The position numbers and the translations under genes were made by a program. A stretch of 64,000 nucleotides of DNA, taken from positions 56,482 through 120,481 of the forward strand of contig JABHQR010000011.1 in the NCBI GenBank assembly GCA_018696395.1, in the 5' to 3' direction. The notes beneath the pieces are model-generated. The model had not been told where the DNA came from, did not search any database, and saw nothing but the letters and a program-made list of their open reading frames with translations. Source of the DNA: an archaeon. Lineage in GTDB: Archaea > Nanobdellota > Nanobdellia > Woesearchaeales > GW2011-AR9. Shown piece by piece: positions 28,875 to 38,424 of this stretch (the stretch's first letter is position 1; each line of letters starts with the position of its first letter).

Positions 28875-29357
28875 ATGAAGATTAATTTTGAATATAATGG
28901 TGAGTTAAAAGATAGATTAACAAGATTCTCCCCTGAAACAGATAAATCTCTAAATCAATATTGTAGTTCTTCTGAAATGCATAGTTTATTTGATCAAAAT
29001 AAAGTCCATAGGGAATTATATGATTTAGTAAGCGGATTGCCTGATATTTGTGATGAAAAATTAAAAACTTATGGTGGGATTGTTAGAAATGTTGTGTTAC
29101 CTCTTCAATTAGGAATTAATACCAGGTCATTTTCTGTTGATAGAACATTAAAATCTCACTTTAGAAAATCAAGATATTCTTTAAATAAAAAATTAATTGA
29201 TGATTTTTCAATTGTATTGGCAAGAAGTATTCCTTCTTTTGTTTTAGAATTATTATCTAATGAACCAAGGTATGATCTTTTTAGTATGAAGACAGGGGAA
29301 GTGTATCATTTCTTAAAAATCCCTAGAATTAATGAATATAAATCAATCTTTAATTAA
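28875..29357 (+). CDS. Hypothetical protein
   Basis: 160-aa ORF with TTTATAAA at 28845-28852. Confidence 0.65.
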   Translation: MKINFEYNGELKDRLTRFSPETDKSLNQYCSSSEMHSLFDQNKVHRELYDLVSGLPDICDEKLKTYGGIVRNVVLPLQLGINTRSFSVDRTLKSHFRKSRYSLNKKLIDDFSIVLARSIPSFVLELLSNEPRYDLFSMKTGEVYHFLKIPRINEYKSIFN

Positions 29358-30577
29358 GCAACATTTTTCATAATTTCAGTATATTCAACTTGAATGCCAT
29401 TTGGATATGTTTCAGAACGTACTTTTTCTAATTTTTTCATGATGTTTTTGAATGCTTTCTTAATGTTTTTAATGTCTTTTATGTTAAATGCTTGGCCACT
29501 TTTTGACATTTTTTCACCTTTGATTGTAATCAAGGGTCCTCCAAATAAGAATTTTTGTTGTCCTGTTTTTTCTTCAAGATAATCAAACATAATTTTAATT
29601 TTTTGAGCTCCAGTGATTCCTTTAATATTTGGAAGTTGAAAATAATCTCCTCCATAAATATGGCAATCTGCTTTAAATGGGTCATAAAAATCTCGCATTG
29701 GATCTAGCATAAAATGGAATTCGGTCATATCTAACTCTTGTTTTAAATTTCTATAAACATACCCATCATATCCTACTGTTTTAAGTGCCCTAGGGCAATT
29801 ACCTCTTGTATTTTTACAAGGTGCTGCTAATGTGGGTCCATGGTGGTATGGGTGTCCAAATACCATTACTGCCCAATCTCTACATAATTGATGACAATTT
29901 GGACAATATAATCTAACTGGGATCTGAAAACAATTTGCTTGATAGATTTTAGTACCTATCTTAACTTGACTAGCAAATCTTTTCCATCTTGGTTTAATTC
30001 CACACATCGGTGCAACTTGTTTTGCAAATTCAAAATCAGTTAAGTTTTTAATCATCTTTCTTCTAAATGCTCGATCTTTTTCTAACATTCTCATGAAACT
30101 ATAAACATAAATTTGTGTTCCAAAAACATGAAATACTTTATTTTCTTTTAGTTCTAGAAATCTTTTGTGTTTTGGAGGTATGAAACTTTTTTTAATTTTT
30201 CTTTTTTCATCTTCTGTAGTTTCATCAAACATTGCTGCAAGTTTCCAAATTAAACTTGTAATCTCTCCTTGTACTCTTCTACCCGCACTATTTCTAGAAA
30301 TTAATTGGTTATAATCTTTTGGAATAAGTAAATCTCCCTCTTCTAAATATTGAAAACGTAAAGGTACTCCATTATATTTTTCTACACTTGATGACAACGA
30401 ATTTTCAATATTTGTAATCGTTAAATGTGTGTGAGGATGTTCTCTTAGATACATAAATGCACATGCTAATGTTGAAAGAAAGCCTAAATGTATGTGGCCA
30501 GAAGGTGTTAATCCCATTGCTAATGATTTGAAATTTCTTGTCATAAATTCGTTAAAATCCCAAATTAAACTTGCCAT
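29354..30577 (-). CDS. Class I lysyl-tRNA synthetase-like protein, catalytic domain only
   Basis: GLTPSGHIHLG (HIGH), CPNC zinc motif, YGGDY and EKMSKS. The ORF ends about 45 aa after KMSKS. Confidence 0.7.
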   Translation of the reverse strand: MASLIWDFNEFMTRNFKSLAMGLTPSGHIHLGFLSTLACAFMYLREHPHTHLTITNIENSLSSSVEKYNGVPLRFQYLEEGDLLIPKDYNQLISRNSAGRRVQGEITSLIWKLAAMFDETTEDEKRKIKKSFIPPKHKRFLELKENKVFHVFGTQIYVYSFMRMLEKDRAFRRKMIKNLTDFEFAKQVAPMCGIKPRWKRFASQVKIGTKIYQANCFQIPVRLYCPNCHQLCRDWAVMVFGHPYHHGPTLAAPCKNTRGNCPRALKTVGYDGYVYRNLKQELDMTEFHFMLDPMRDFYDPFKADCHIYGGDYFQLPNIKGITGAQKIKIMFDYLEEKTGQQKFLFGGPLITIKGEKMSKSGQAFNIKDIKNIKKAFKNIMKKLEKVRSETYPNGIQVEYTEIMKNVA

Positions 30578-30655
30578 TGATTATTAATTAATATCAATAT
30601 GTTTATATATTTTTCTAAATTAATAAAATTGTAATTATAATTTTAAACAACTGAG

Positions 30656-31060
30656 GTGAATAAAATGATAAGACATCATGTAACATTAGAAAATTTAATG
30701 CATCATATTTTTATGGGAGATTTTAGTGGTGATGAAGGTACAATAAGGGTCATGTTAGGTATGTTAATTAGTGATGCAAGACGTTTAATAAATCAATATA
30801 AAAAATTAGGTTTAAAGTATAATAATAATGATTTCAATTTTGAGAAATACTTAACATTATTATTAAATGCCAAGAAATTATATGAATCAAAAGACGAAGC
30901 TGATTTTATTGATGCAAATCAATTACTAGCTGAAGCAAGTGAAGTATTTATTAAATTGGTTAACCAGAACAGAGAGTTATTACATGGGAAAGGAATCATG
31001 CATAAGGATATGAAATTATTTAATCATATTGAATTATGTGAACATTACAATAAACAATGA
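30656..31060 (+). CDS. Hypothetical protein
   Basis: 134-aa ORF; GAGGTG SD suggests ATG 30665 as the start. Confidence 0.6.
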   Translation: MNKMIRHHVTLENLMHHIFMGDFSGDEGTIRVMLGMLISDARRLINQYKKLGLKYNNNDFNFEKYLTLLLNAKKLYESKDEADFIDANQLLAEASEVFIKLVNQNRELLHGKGIMHKDMKLFNHIELCEHYNKQ

Positions 31061-31077
31061 TTTTTTTATTTTTTCTT

Positions 31078-33606
31078 TCAAAACCCATCCAAACTTAACT
31101 GCTCTTTCTCCTTCTTAGCTTTGATTTTCTTGACCATTTCGTCTTCTGCTTCTAAAACTGATTGAATTTCTTTAGCTCTATCTACAACAGAACTTGGCAT
31201 CCCCGCAAGTTTAGCTACATGGATTCCATGACTTTGGTCAGTTCCACCTTCTATTAATTTTCTTAAATAAATGATCTCATGACCTTTTTCTTTTACTGCA
31301 ACATTGAAATTTTTGATTTTGTCAAATTTATCTGAAATTTTGTTAAGAACATGATAATGTGTCGCGAACATAGTTTTTGCTTTAATGTTTTTGTAAATAT
31401 GTTCTACTGTACTCCACGCAATAGCAACACCATCAAATGTTGATGTGCCTCGGCCAATTTCGTCTAGGATTATTAAACTTTTATCAGTAGCATTGTTAAG
31501 AATGTTAGCTGTTTCCAACATCTCTACCATAAATGTTGATTGGCCAAAACTTAAATCATCTTGGGCACCAACCCGAGTAAATATTTGATCAACAATATGT
31601 GATGAAGTATTATCTGCTGGGACAAAACTTCCAACTTGTGCCATTAAAATAATTAGCGCAGTTTGTCGCATGATAGTACTTTTACCTGATGTGTTTGGTC
31701 CGGTAATTATCATGATCTCATTATTTTCTAGTTTAACATTATTAGAAATAAATTTTTGTTCAATAGTTTCAATTACTGGATGTCTTCCATTAGTAATTTC
31801 AATCATATTTAATTCGTTAAAATGTGGTTTACAATAATTGTTGTCCATTGAAACTTTACTGAAAGAAGATAGTACATCTAGTAAAGCTAATTTTTGTGAT
31901 GCTTCTTGAACAATTTCTGTAGACCTTTTTAGTTCTTCACAAATTGCTTGAAATAATTTAAATTCTAATTCATAAATTTTTTCTTCTGCTCCTAAGATTT
32001 TTTCTTCTTCTAATTTTAATTCTTCTGTGATGTAACGTTCGGCATTAGCAGTAGTTTGTTTTCTAATGTAACTTTTTGGAACTAAATGTACATTTTTTTT
32101 CGTAACTTCAATAAAATATCCAAACACTCGGTTGAAAGAAACTTTTAATGCATTAATCCCAGTTTTGGCTTTTTCTCGATCTTCAATTTCTCTTAAGAAC
32201 TTTTTAGAATTTGTTTTAATTTCAACCAGTTCTTTTAATTCTTGATTAAAACTACTTTTAATAATTCCGCCTTCTCTAATTGTTGTAGGTGCATCATCTT
32301 TGATTGATCTTTCTAAAAGTAAAAATTGTTCTTGCATTGATCCAATCAAACTAACCTCTTTTAGTAAATTAGAATTAAAACTAGAAATTATTTTTTTAAT
32401 TAAAGGAATCTTTTGTAATGTGTTTTTTAATGAAAGTAAATCTTTTGGATTGGCATTACCATAATTAACCCTGCCAATTAACCTTTCTAAATCATAAACT
32501 TCTTTTAATAAATCTCTTAATTCTTCTCTTTCAATAACTTTTTCATTTAATTCTTCTACTGAGTTAAGTCTTTGAACTATTTTTTGTTTGTTTAGTAAGG
32601 GTTCTTTGATAATCTTTTTCAACATTCGTGAACCAATAGAACTTACTGTGTGATCAAGAACTGATAATAAGGTTCCTTCTTTACCTTGATTACGAATATT
32701 TTGACTAATCTCTAAATTGATTAATGTTCTTCTATCAAGTAACATTATTTCAGTATCATTAATAGAATTAATTGATTTGAAATGTGCTAAAGAGTTTTTT
32801 TGTGTGTCTTGTAAATATTTCATTAATGCTCCAGCTACACTAATTTCATTTTTTTTATTTATGTTAATTTCATCCAAACCAAATCCCGTTAAACTTTTAA
32901 CATCAAAATGTTCTAGTAAAATTGCTTTGGCATTATCAAACTGAAAATAATAATCTGGGAATTTGTTTACAAAAGAGCCTAACTTTCTAATTGTGGAAAT
33001 TAATTCAGTATTAACCATCATTGATTCAGGTACAATGCATTCAGAAATATTTCTTCTTTGAATCTCTGCTAAAATTGATTCTGTGGATCTTGCTTGTCCA
33101 CATAACAATTCTCCTGTTGATAAATCAGCGATTGAGTAAACATAAGATTCTCCATAAGATTTAATTGTTATAATATAATTATTTTCGTTAGCATTAAGAA
33201 GTGTTGATTCAATTAAAGTTCCTGGGGTAACTATTCTTACTAATCCTCTTTTAACAAGACCTTTAGCTAATTTTGGGTTTTCTAATTGTTCAACAATAGC
33301 CACTTTGTGACCTTTCTTAACTAACTTTCCAAGATAAGTTTCTAGAGCATGATATGGTAATCCAGATAATGGGGCGGCTTTTTCTCCTTTACCTCTGGAA
33401 GTTAATGTGATCTCTAAATCTCTGGCTGCAGCAATGGCATCTTCATAAAACATTTCATAGAAATCCCCCATTCGAAGCATGATCAGACAATCAGGATTTT
33501 CTTTTTTAGCATCCCTGTATTGTTTCATACCTGGAGTTAACAAATGTTCAGGTATATCTAATACACTTACTATCTTTTTTGTTTGCCCTGCTGCTGGTTC
33601 AGTCAT
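31078..33606 (-). CDS. mutS: DNA mismatch repair protein MutS (MutS1)
   Basis: TPGMKQY, RMGDFYEMF mismatch-binding motif, GPNTSGKS, STFMVEM, DEIGRGTST, ATHYH, SHGIHVAKLAG. Confidence 0.97.
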   Translation of the reverse strand: MTEPAAGQTKKIVSVLDIPEHLLTPGMKQYRDAKKENPDCLIMLRMGDFYEMFYEDAIAAARDLEITLTSRGKGEKAAPLSGLPYHALETYLGKLVKKGHKVAIVEQLENPKLAKGLVKRGLVRIVTPGTLIESTLLNANENNYIITIKSYGESYVYSIADLSTGELLCGQARSTESILAEIQRRNISECIVPESMMVNTELISTIRKLGSFVNKFPDYYFQFDNAKAILLEHFDVKSLTGFGLDEININKKNEISVAGALMKYLQDTQKNSLAHFKSINSINDTEIMLLDRRTLINLEISQNIRNQGKEGTLLSVLDHTVSSIGSRMLKKIIKEPLLNKQKIVQRLNSVEELNEKVIEREELRDLLKEVYDLERLIGRVNYGNANPKDLLSLKNTLQKIPLIKKIISSFNSNLLKEVSLIGSMQEQFLLLERSIKDDAPTTIREGGIIKSSFNQELKELVEIKTNSKKFLREIEDREKAKTGINALKVSFNRVFGYFIEVTKKNVHLVPKSYIRKQTTANAERYITEELKLEEEKILGAEEKIYELEFKLFQAICEELKRSTEIVQEASQKLALLDVLSSFSKVSMDNNYCKPHFNELNMIEITNGRHPVIETIEQKFISNNVKLENNEIMIITGPNTSGKSTIMRQTALIILMAQVGSFVPADNTSSHIVDQIFTRVGAQDDLSFGQSTFMVEMLETANILNNATDKSLIILDEIGRGTSTFDGVAIAWSTVEHIYKNIKAKTMFATHYHVLNKISDKFDKIKNFNVAVKEKGHEIIYLRKLIEGGTDQSHGIHVAKLAGMPSSVVDRAKEIQSVLEAEDEMVKKIKAKKEKEQLSLDGF

Positions 33607-33731
33607 AGTGATTAAGGCAAAAGTTAGCTTTTATTAATTTTCTTATTATTTAATACAACAATAATACTATCCTCTAAACGATAAATTTAAAACATTATAA
33701 CATATTACTCTTATTAAAAGAGGCATACTGT

Positions 33732-34892
33732 ATGAAAGGTGATTTAGAATTATTCAAGATATTTGGGATTGAAGTAAAGGTACATTTCTCATGGTGGATA
33801 ATTCTTGTTCTTTTAGCATGGGGATTAGCTTCAAGTTTCTTTCCAATATATTATCCCGGTTTATCTTTAATGCAATATTGGATAATTGGGTTAGTATCAG
33901 CTTTCTTGTTGTTTGTTTCAGTATTATTACACGAATTTGCACATTCATTAGTTGCAAAGTCAAGAAAAGTTGTAGTTAATAGTATAACTTTATTTTTTTT
34001 TGGTGGTGTGGCAGAAATTAATACTGAAGATTTGAAACCTTGGGACGAGATTTTAATTGCTTCAGCAGGTCCAATATTTTCCCTCTTACTTGGAATTATT
34101 TTAATGTTTTTTTACTTTAATATTTCAAATGCTTACTTTAACGCTATCACATTTTATCTTTACCAAATAAATTTTGTATTAGCAATATTTAACATGATTC
34201 CTGCATATCCTTTGGATGGTGGAAGGGTATTACGGGCTATCTTACATTATTTTACTAAAAGTTTGAAAAAATCAACATATTTTGCTTCATTGTTAGGAAA
34301 AGGTTTTGCTTGGTTTTTAGGATCAGTAGGTTTTTTTAGGATTCTAAGTGGTGATTATGGTGGGATTTGGTTAATGTTTTTAGGTATATTTTTACATTTC
34401 TTGGCTGGGATGAGTTTTGAACAAGTACTTTATTCTGAAATTTTAAAGAAATGGAAAGTTAAAGATTTGATGGAAAAAAAGTTTCCAGTAGCGTATGGTG
34501 ATGAAGATTTAGCACATTTCTTAACAAGAAATTTTTCTTCTAAATATGATTCATTTTTAGTTGTTAAAGGAAAAAAGTCAACTAAAAAAGAAATTTCTTC
34601 ATTTTCAAAAAAGAATTTATTAGGTGTTCTTGATTTAAAGAAAATGGGTGAAATGACCATAGAGGTTGAAGAGAGAATTAAAGTAAAACAGGTTGCATAC
34701 CCATTAAAGTATTTGAAAACATTGAGTTCTAACCAAAAGTCAGATGTTGCATTAAGAACTTTACTTAAGCAAGGATTGAATATCTTACCAGTAATTGATA
34801 AAAGTAAAGTTGTTGGTTTAATGTGGAAAGAAAGATTAATCAGAAGTTTAGTCTGGGAAAGGAAGTATGGGGTTGTAATGAAGAAAAAGTGA
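33732..34892 (+). CDS. Site-2 protease (M50) with degenerate CBS pair
   Basis: HEFAH, FFFGGVA, AGP, FNMIPAYPLDGGR and a C-terminal VKDLM..LPVID..VVG. Confidence 0.93.
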   Translation: MKGDLELFKIFGIEVKVHFSWWIILVLLAWGLASSFFPIYYPGLSLMQYWIIGLVSAFLLFVSVLLHEFAHSLVAKSRKVVVNSITLFFFGGVAEINTEDLKPWDEILIASAGPIFSLLLGIILMFFYFNISNAYFNAITFYLYQINFVLAIFNMIPAYPLDGGRVLRAILHYFTKSLKKSTYFASLLGKGFAWFLGSVGFFRILSGDYGGIWLMFLGIFLHFLAGMSFEQVLYSEILKKWKVKDLMEKKFPVAYGDEDLAHFLTRNFSSKYDSFLVVKGKKSTKKEISSFSKKNLLGVLDLKKMGEMTIEVEERIKVKQVAYPLKYLKTLSSNQKSDVALRTLLKQGLNILPVIDKSKVVGLMWKERLIRSLVWERKYGVVMKKK

Positions 34893-34903
34893 CTTGTAAT
34901 GTG

Positions 34904-34942
34904 GCCACTCTTAAGTGACAAATTATTAAAAACATTTAAATA
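34904..34942 (+). promoter_or_regulatory. Operator-like quasi-palindrome GCCACT-N4-AGTGAC plus TATA (copy 1)
   Basis: gccact-ctta-agtgac at 34904-34919, TTTAAATA at 34935-34942, ATG at 34965. Confidence 0.55.
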
Positions 34943-34964
34943 AAACCTTTCTTTTTAAAGTATT

Positions 34965-35735
34965 ATGAGTAATACATTACCTAATTTATTTGATTCAGAA
35001 GTTTATGTTAAGAGAGAATTTGATAGATTGAAATCTGAAGGTAAATTCCCCGAAAAAATAGTGGAACCAATTGATACTAGGTTATTGGGTGGTTTTAAAG
35101 AATGGGTTGCATGGCTTCCTTTTGGAGCATTAAGTCCAGGGACTCGTTTTCCACATAGGGGTTATGACTTTGCTGCATATTTAACAAAAAATGGTGTGTG
35201 TAGATTTAGTTTACCAAAAGAGCTTCCTGTAAGAGCAATTGCTGATGGGAAAGTATTGTTTACTGTTGAAAAAGGATACGCTTCTTCAATATATATTGAT
35301 CATACCATTAGAAATTCTGAAAATCTTAAAAAAAGAAGAAAGTATGAGGGTTTAGTCTGTAATTATGGGCATGTTGAAACTTGTATTGATGAGGGTGATT
35401 ATATTAAGCAAGGTCAAGTAATTGGCCATTTATATGGTGATGATGATTCTGAATTATTTTCAAGGTTAGTTCATTTACATTTTGATATTGAAATTATTAA
35501 TAGTAATATGTCATTAAATACGTCATGCTTATTTCCTAACTTAGAAAAAAATAATGTTGATTCTAGGGGTAATCCTTATTTTAAATTAATCAAATCAGAT
35601 GCCGAAATTTTACCTTCAAAAAGAAGGATTTTTGCAAATACAATCAATGCAACTTATTTTAAGCATGAACCTTATCAAGATATATCTCAACATTATGCTG
35701 AAACACATTTGGGTAAATGGGGGAAACTTTTTTAA
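34965..35735 (+). CDS. M23-family metallopeptidase
   Basis: HRGYD (HxxxD), PVRAIADGKV, YGHV, GQVIG, HLHF (HxH). Confidence 0.9.
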   Translation: MSNTLPNLFDSEVYVKREFDRLKSEGKFPEKIVEPIDTRLLGGFKEWVAWLPFGALSPGTRFPHRGYDFAAYLTKNGVCRFSLPKELPVRAIADGKVLFTVEKGYASSIYIDHTIRNSENLKKRRKYEGLVCNYGHVETCIDEGDYIKQGQVIGHLYGDDDSELFSRLVHLHFDIEIINSNMSLNTSCLFPNLEKNNVDSRGNPYFKLIKSDAEILPSKRRIFANTINATYFKHEPYQDISQHYAETHLGKWGKLF

Positions 35736-35771
35736 TATATTAATCACATTATTGAATTATAACTTAATATC

Positions 35772-36602
35772 ATGACCTCATTAAAAATGAATTTGTCACA
35801 AATAAAAGAGTCTGTACTGAAAGAAATTAAACAAAGAACAAATTATGAATATGTGGAAGTTCTTAATAGGGCTAATTCTGCAATCTTATTATCTTTATCT
35901 GTATTAGGTCAGAAAGTGTTTTATCCAGAAGAAGGTGGGTGGATGACTTATCATAAATATGCCAAGAATCTTGGGAAAGAAGTTGTTTCTATCAAATGTC
36001 ATGATGCTAGAATTGATTTAAATGATTTGAAAAATAGATTGGAAGAAAAATGTGTTTTTATTTATCATCCTTTAGGTGGTTATTTTGCCGAGCAGGATAT
36101 TGAACAAATTTATAAAATCTGTAAAGAAAAAAATTGTTTAGTAATTATGGACGTTTCTGGAACAATCGGAACAAGATTATGTGATGGGAAATATGCTGAT
36201 ATCTGTTTAGGAAGTTTTGGTGATTGGAAATTAATTGATTATGGGCAAGGTGGGTTTATTTCGTTTCAAAATCCTAAATTGTTTAATCATTTTAAACCTT
36301 TATTTTCAGCAATGACTTTTCGAGGAGATTATGAAAAATTATTACATCATTTTAATATTCTTGATGGCCGGATCAAGTTTTTATTAGATAAGAGGACAGA
36401 GATTATTAATGATCTAAAAGAATTTGAAATTATTGGCAAAGATAATGAACTTGGATTTGTTGTTATAGTAGTGCCAAAAAGTGAAACAGATAGGTTAAAG
36501 ATTGTGGCTTATTGTACGAAAAATAATCTTGAATATACGATGTGTCCAAGGGAAATTAGAATTAATAGGGATGCAGTTTCTATTGAATTGAAAAGGTTGT
36601 AA
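35772..36602 (+). CDS. PLP-dependent aminotransferase-like protein (DegT/fold type I)
   Basis: NRANSAI, VIMDVSGTIG, SFGDWKLIDYGQGG (PLP lysine). Confidence 0.8.
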   Translation: MTSLKMNLSQIKESVLKEIKQRTNYEYVEVLNRANSAILLSLSVLGQKVFYPEEGGWMTYHKYAKNLGKEVVSIKCHDARIDLNDLKNRLEEKCVFIYHPLGGYFAEQDIEQIYKICKEKNCLVIMDVSGTIGTRLCDGKYADICLGSFGDWKLIDYGQGGFISFQNPKLFNHFKPLFSAMTFRGDYEKLLHHFNILDGRIKFLLDKRTEIINDLKEFEIIGKDNELGFVVIVVPKSETDRLKIVAYCTKNNLEYTMCPREIRINRDAVSIELKRL

Positions 36603-36659
36603 TGTTGTTAATATTTTGTTATATTTTATGCAATTTTAACATGCTTCACAATCTTTTGT

Positions 36660-36697
36660 GCCACTAATCAGTGACAAATAACCAAAAGGTTTAAATA
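36660..36697 (+). promoter_or_regulatory. Operator-like quasi-palindrome GCCACT-N4-AGTGAC plus TATA (copy 2)
   Basis: gccact-aatc-agtgac at 36660-36675, TTTAAATA at 36690-36697, ATG at 36720. Confidence 0.55.
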
Positions 36698-36719
36698 TTC
36701 TGATATATTATAATAAATA

Positions 36720-37205
36720 ATGTTACAAGGAAATTTAAATGAAGCAAATAAATATTTTAACAAGGTTATTGATGATTCAAGTATATTCTCATGTATATGG
36801 GATTTGGGAAAAGCTATGAAATATGTTGGTGTTGAAAATTCTGGGGAAGATCAAAGATTAAAAGATCTAAGGTCAAAAATTTTGACAAAAGGAATTGAAA
36901 CTGCAATTAGAAAAGAAGTTGTTCTTTTTGGAAATGCTATCGCTAGAAATGATATAAATACGGCAATGTTAATAATCAAAAATACTGAATATTGTAGGGA
37001 TACTAACCTGGCAGAAGATGGGAGATCTGATATTAATCGAAGATTAATGAACGGTGGATTAGGTGTTAATATCAATGTTGCAAGTGTTTACCAAAGAATG
37101 TTAGATAAAATGTATCAAAGAATTAATTTGCCTGCTTTAGCTAATCCTGAACATATGAAAGATCCAACCATGGGCACATATGTCTTAGAGTTAATTTTTG
37201 AATAA
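36720..37205 (+). CDS. Hypothetical protein
   Basis: 161-aa ORF directly downstream of a TATA box. Confidence 0.65.
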   Translation: MLQGNLNEANKYFNKVIDDSSIFSCIWDLGKAMKYVGVENSGEDQRLKDLRSKILTKGIETAIRKEVVLFGNAIARNDINTAMLIIKNTEYCRDTNLAEDGRSDINRRLMNGGLGVNINVASVYQRMLDKMYQRINLPALANPEHMKDPTMGTYVLELIFE

Positions 37206-37206
37206 T

Positions 37207-38424
37207 TCAATATCTATTAATTGTTTTACCTAGTGTGATAAAATGGATATTACCTTGGAAACCTTTTTCTCTAGCAATTATACCTAAAGCCTTTGCTTGG
37301 GTTCCAGTAGTATATATGTCATCAAAAATGATCAAATTATTTGCATGAGATAAATAATCTAAATCTTCTTCTATGCCAATTGTTTCAAGATGATCATAGA
37401 TAGTATTTCTGTTGTTTGAAGAATGTGATTCTCGGCAAGGGTGGACTCTTTCGAATATTCTGTCTGGGTAAAATTCATAATTTTGTTCTTCAGCAATAAT
37501 TCCTGCTACTAAATTGTTAACATCAGTTTTGTAACAGTAATGGGGGCAAGAGTTTGGAGATGCCATTACTTCTGTTTTTCCTTTTAAATTTAAATTGTTA
37601 ACTAAATGATTTAGTCTATGTTGAAATTTTGCCAAGTTAGTTTTTAAAGCGTACCTTTCATTTATGATTTTTCCATTATAAAAAAATTCTTCTTTAGCCC
37701 AACTTTCAATTTGGTCATGGGTGAAATTTTTTGTTTTCTTAAAACTTAGAACCCAGTTAGTAAACGGGTTTCTATTACCACCATTCCAAGGGAAATATTC
37801 TTCTAAAAAGTGATGTTCTATTCCCGGATCATAATTTCCATCCATAAAAAAATCTTTATCAAATGGTACTGTTCTAGGTTGGTATTCTAATATGCCATTT
37901 GAAATATAACTTAATAAATTTAAAAATTCATCTTGGGTATTAACAATCTTTCTTGCTTCTGCGTTAGCTAATTGTTGTTGCGATGAATAACCCCAAGTTA
38001 CACCGATTGGTACTATTGATACTTGATGTGCGTTAAGAATATCTTTTGCTGAATCACCAATTAAGTATGTTCTTTGTTTATGGATTCCAGATCCTTCAAT
38101 AATCTTTTCTAATAATTCTTTGTTAGGTTTTTTAGCATTTCCAATAATTTGAACTTCGGGTAAGCTATGTTTTTTAATAATTGCTCTAGCGTAAGCTTCG
38201 GGAGAATTAGTATAAATAGTTAACTTGTGGTGTTTAGCAATTCTGTGGAGCATTATTTCTATTCTTCTGGAATAGGTGTCAGACCTAATCATATTAAGAT
38301 TATTTTTTAAGTAATTTCTTCCAGCAGGATTTGTCAAGTAAGGTTGAAGGTTTTTTGTATCAACAATAGTTTCATCTAAATCAAGTATGAAATGTTTTTT
38401 TGGCATAGCAAATCTTTTTACCAT
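37207..38424 (-). CDS. HAD hydrolase + phosphoribosyltransferase fusion (ShosT-like toxin)
   Basis: HAD motifs LDLDETIVDT, YTNS, KKP, IGDSAKD, GVTWG. C-terminal PRPP-binding LIIFDDIYTTG. Confidence 0.85.
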   Translation of the reverse strand: MVKRFAMPKKHFILDLDETIVDTKNLQPYLTNPAGRNYLKNNLNMIRSDTYSRRIEIMLHRIAKHHKLTIYTNSPEAYARAIIKKHSLPEVQIIGNAKKPNKELLEKIIEGSGIHKQRTYLIGDSAKDILNAHQVSIVPIGVTWGYSSQQQLANAEARKIVNTQDEFLNLLSYISNGILEYQPRTVPFDKDFFMDGNYDPGIEHHFLEEYFPWNGGNRNPFTNWVLSFKKTKNFTHDQIESWAKEEFFYNGKIINERYALKTNLAKFQHRLNHLVNNLNLKGKTEVMASPNSCPHYCYKTDVNNLVAGIIAEEQNYEFYPDRIFERVHPCRESHSSNNRNTIYDHLETIGIEEDLDYLSHANNLIIFDDIYTTGTQAKALGIIAREKGFQGNIHFITLGKTINRY

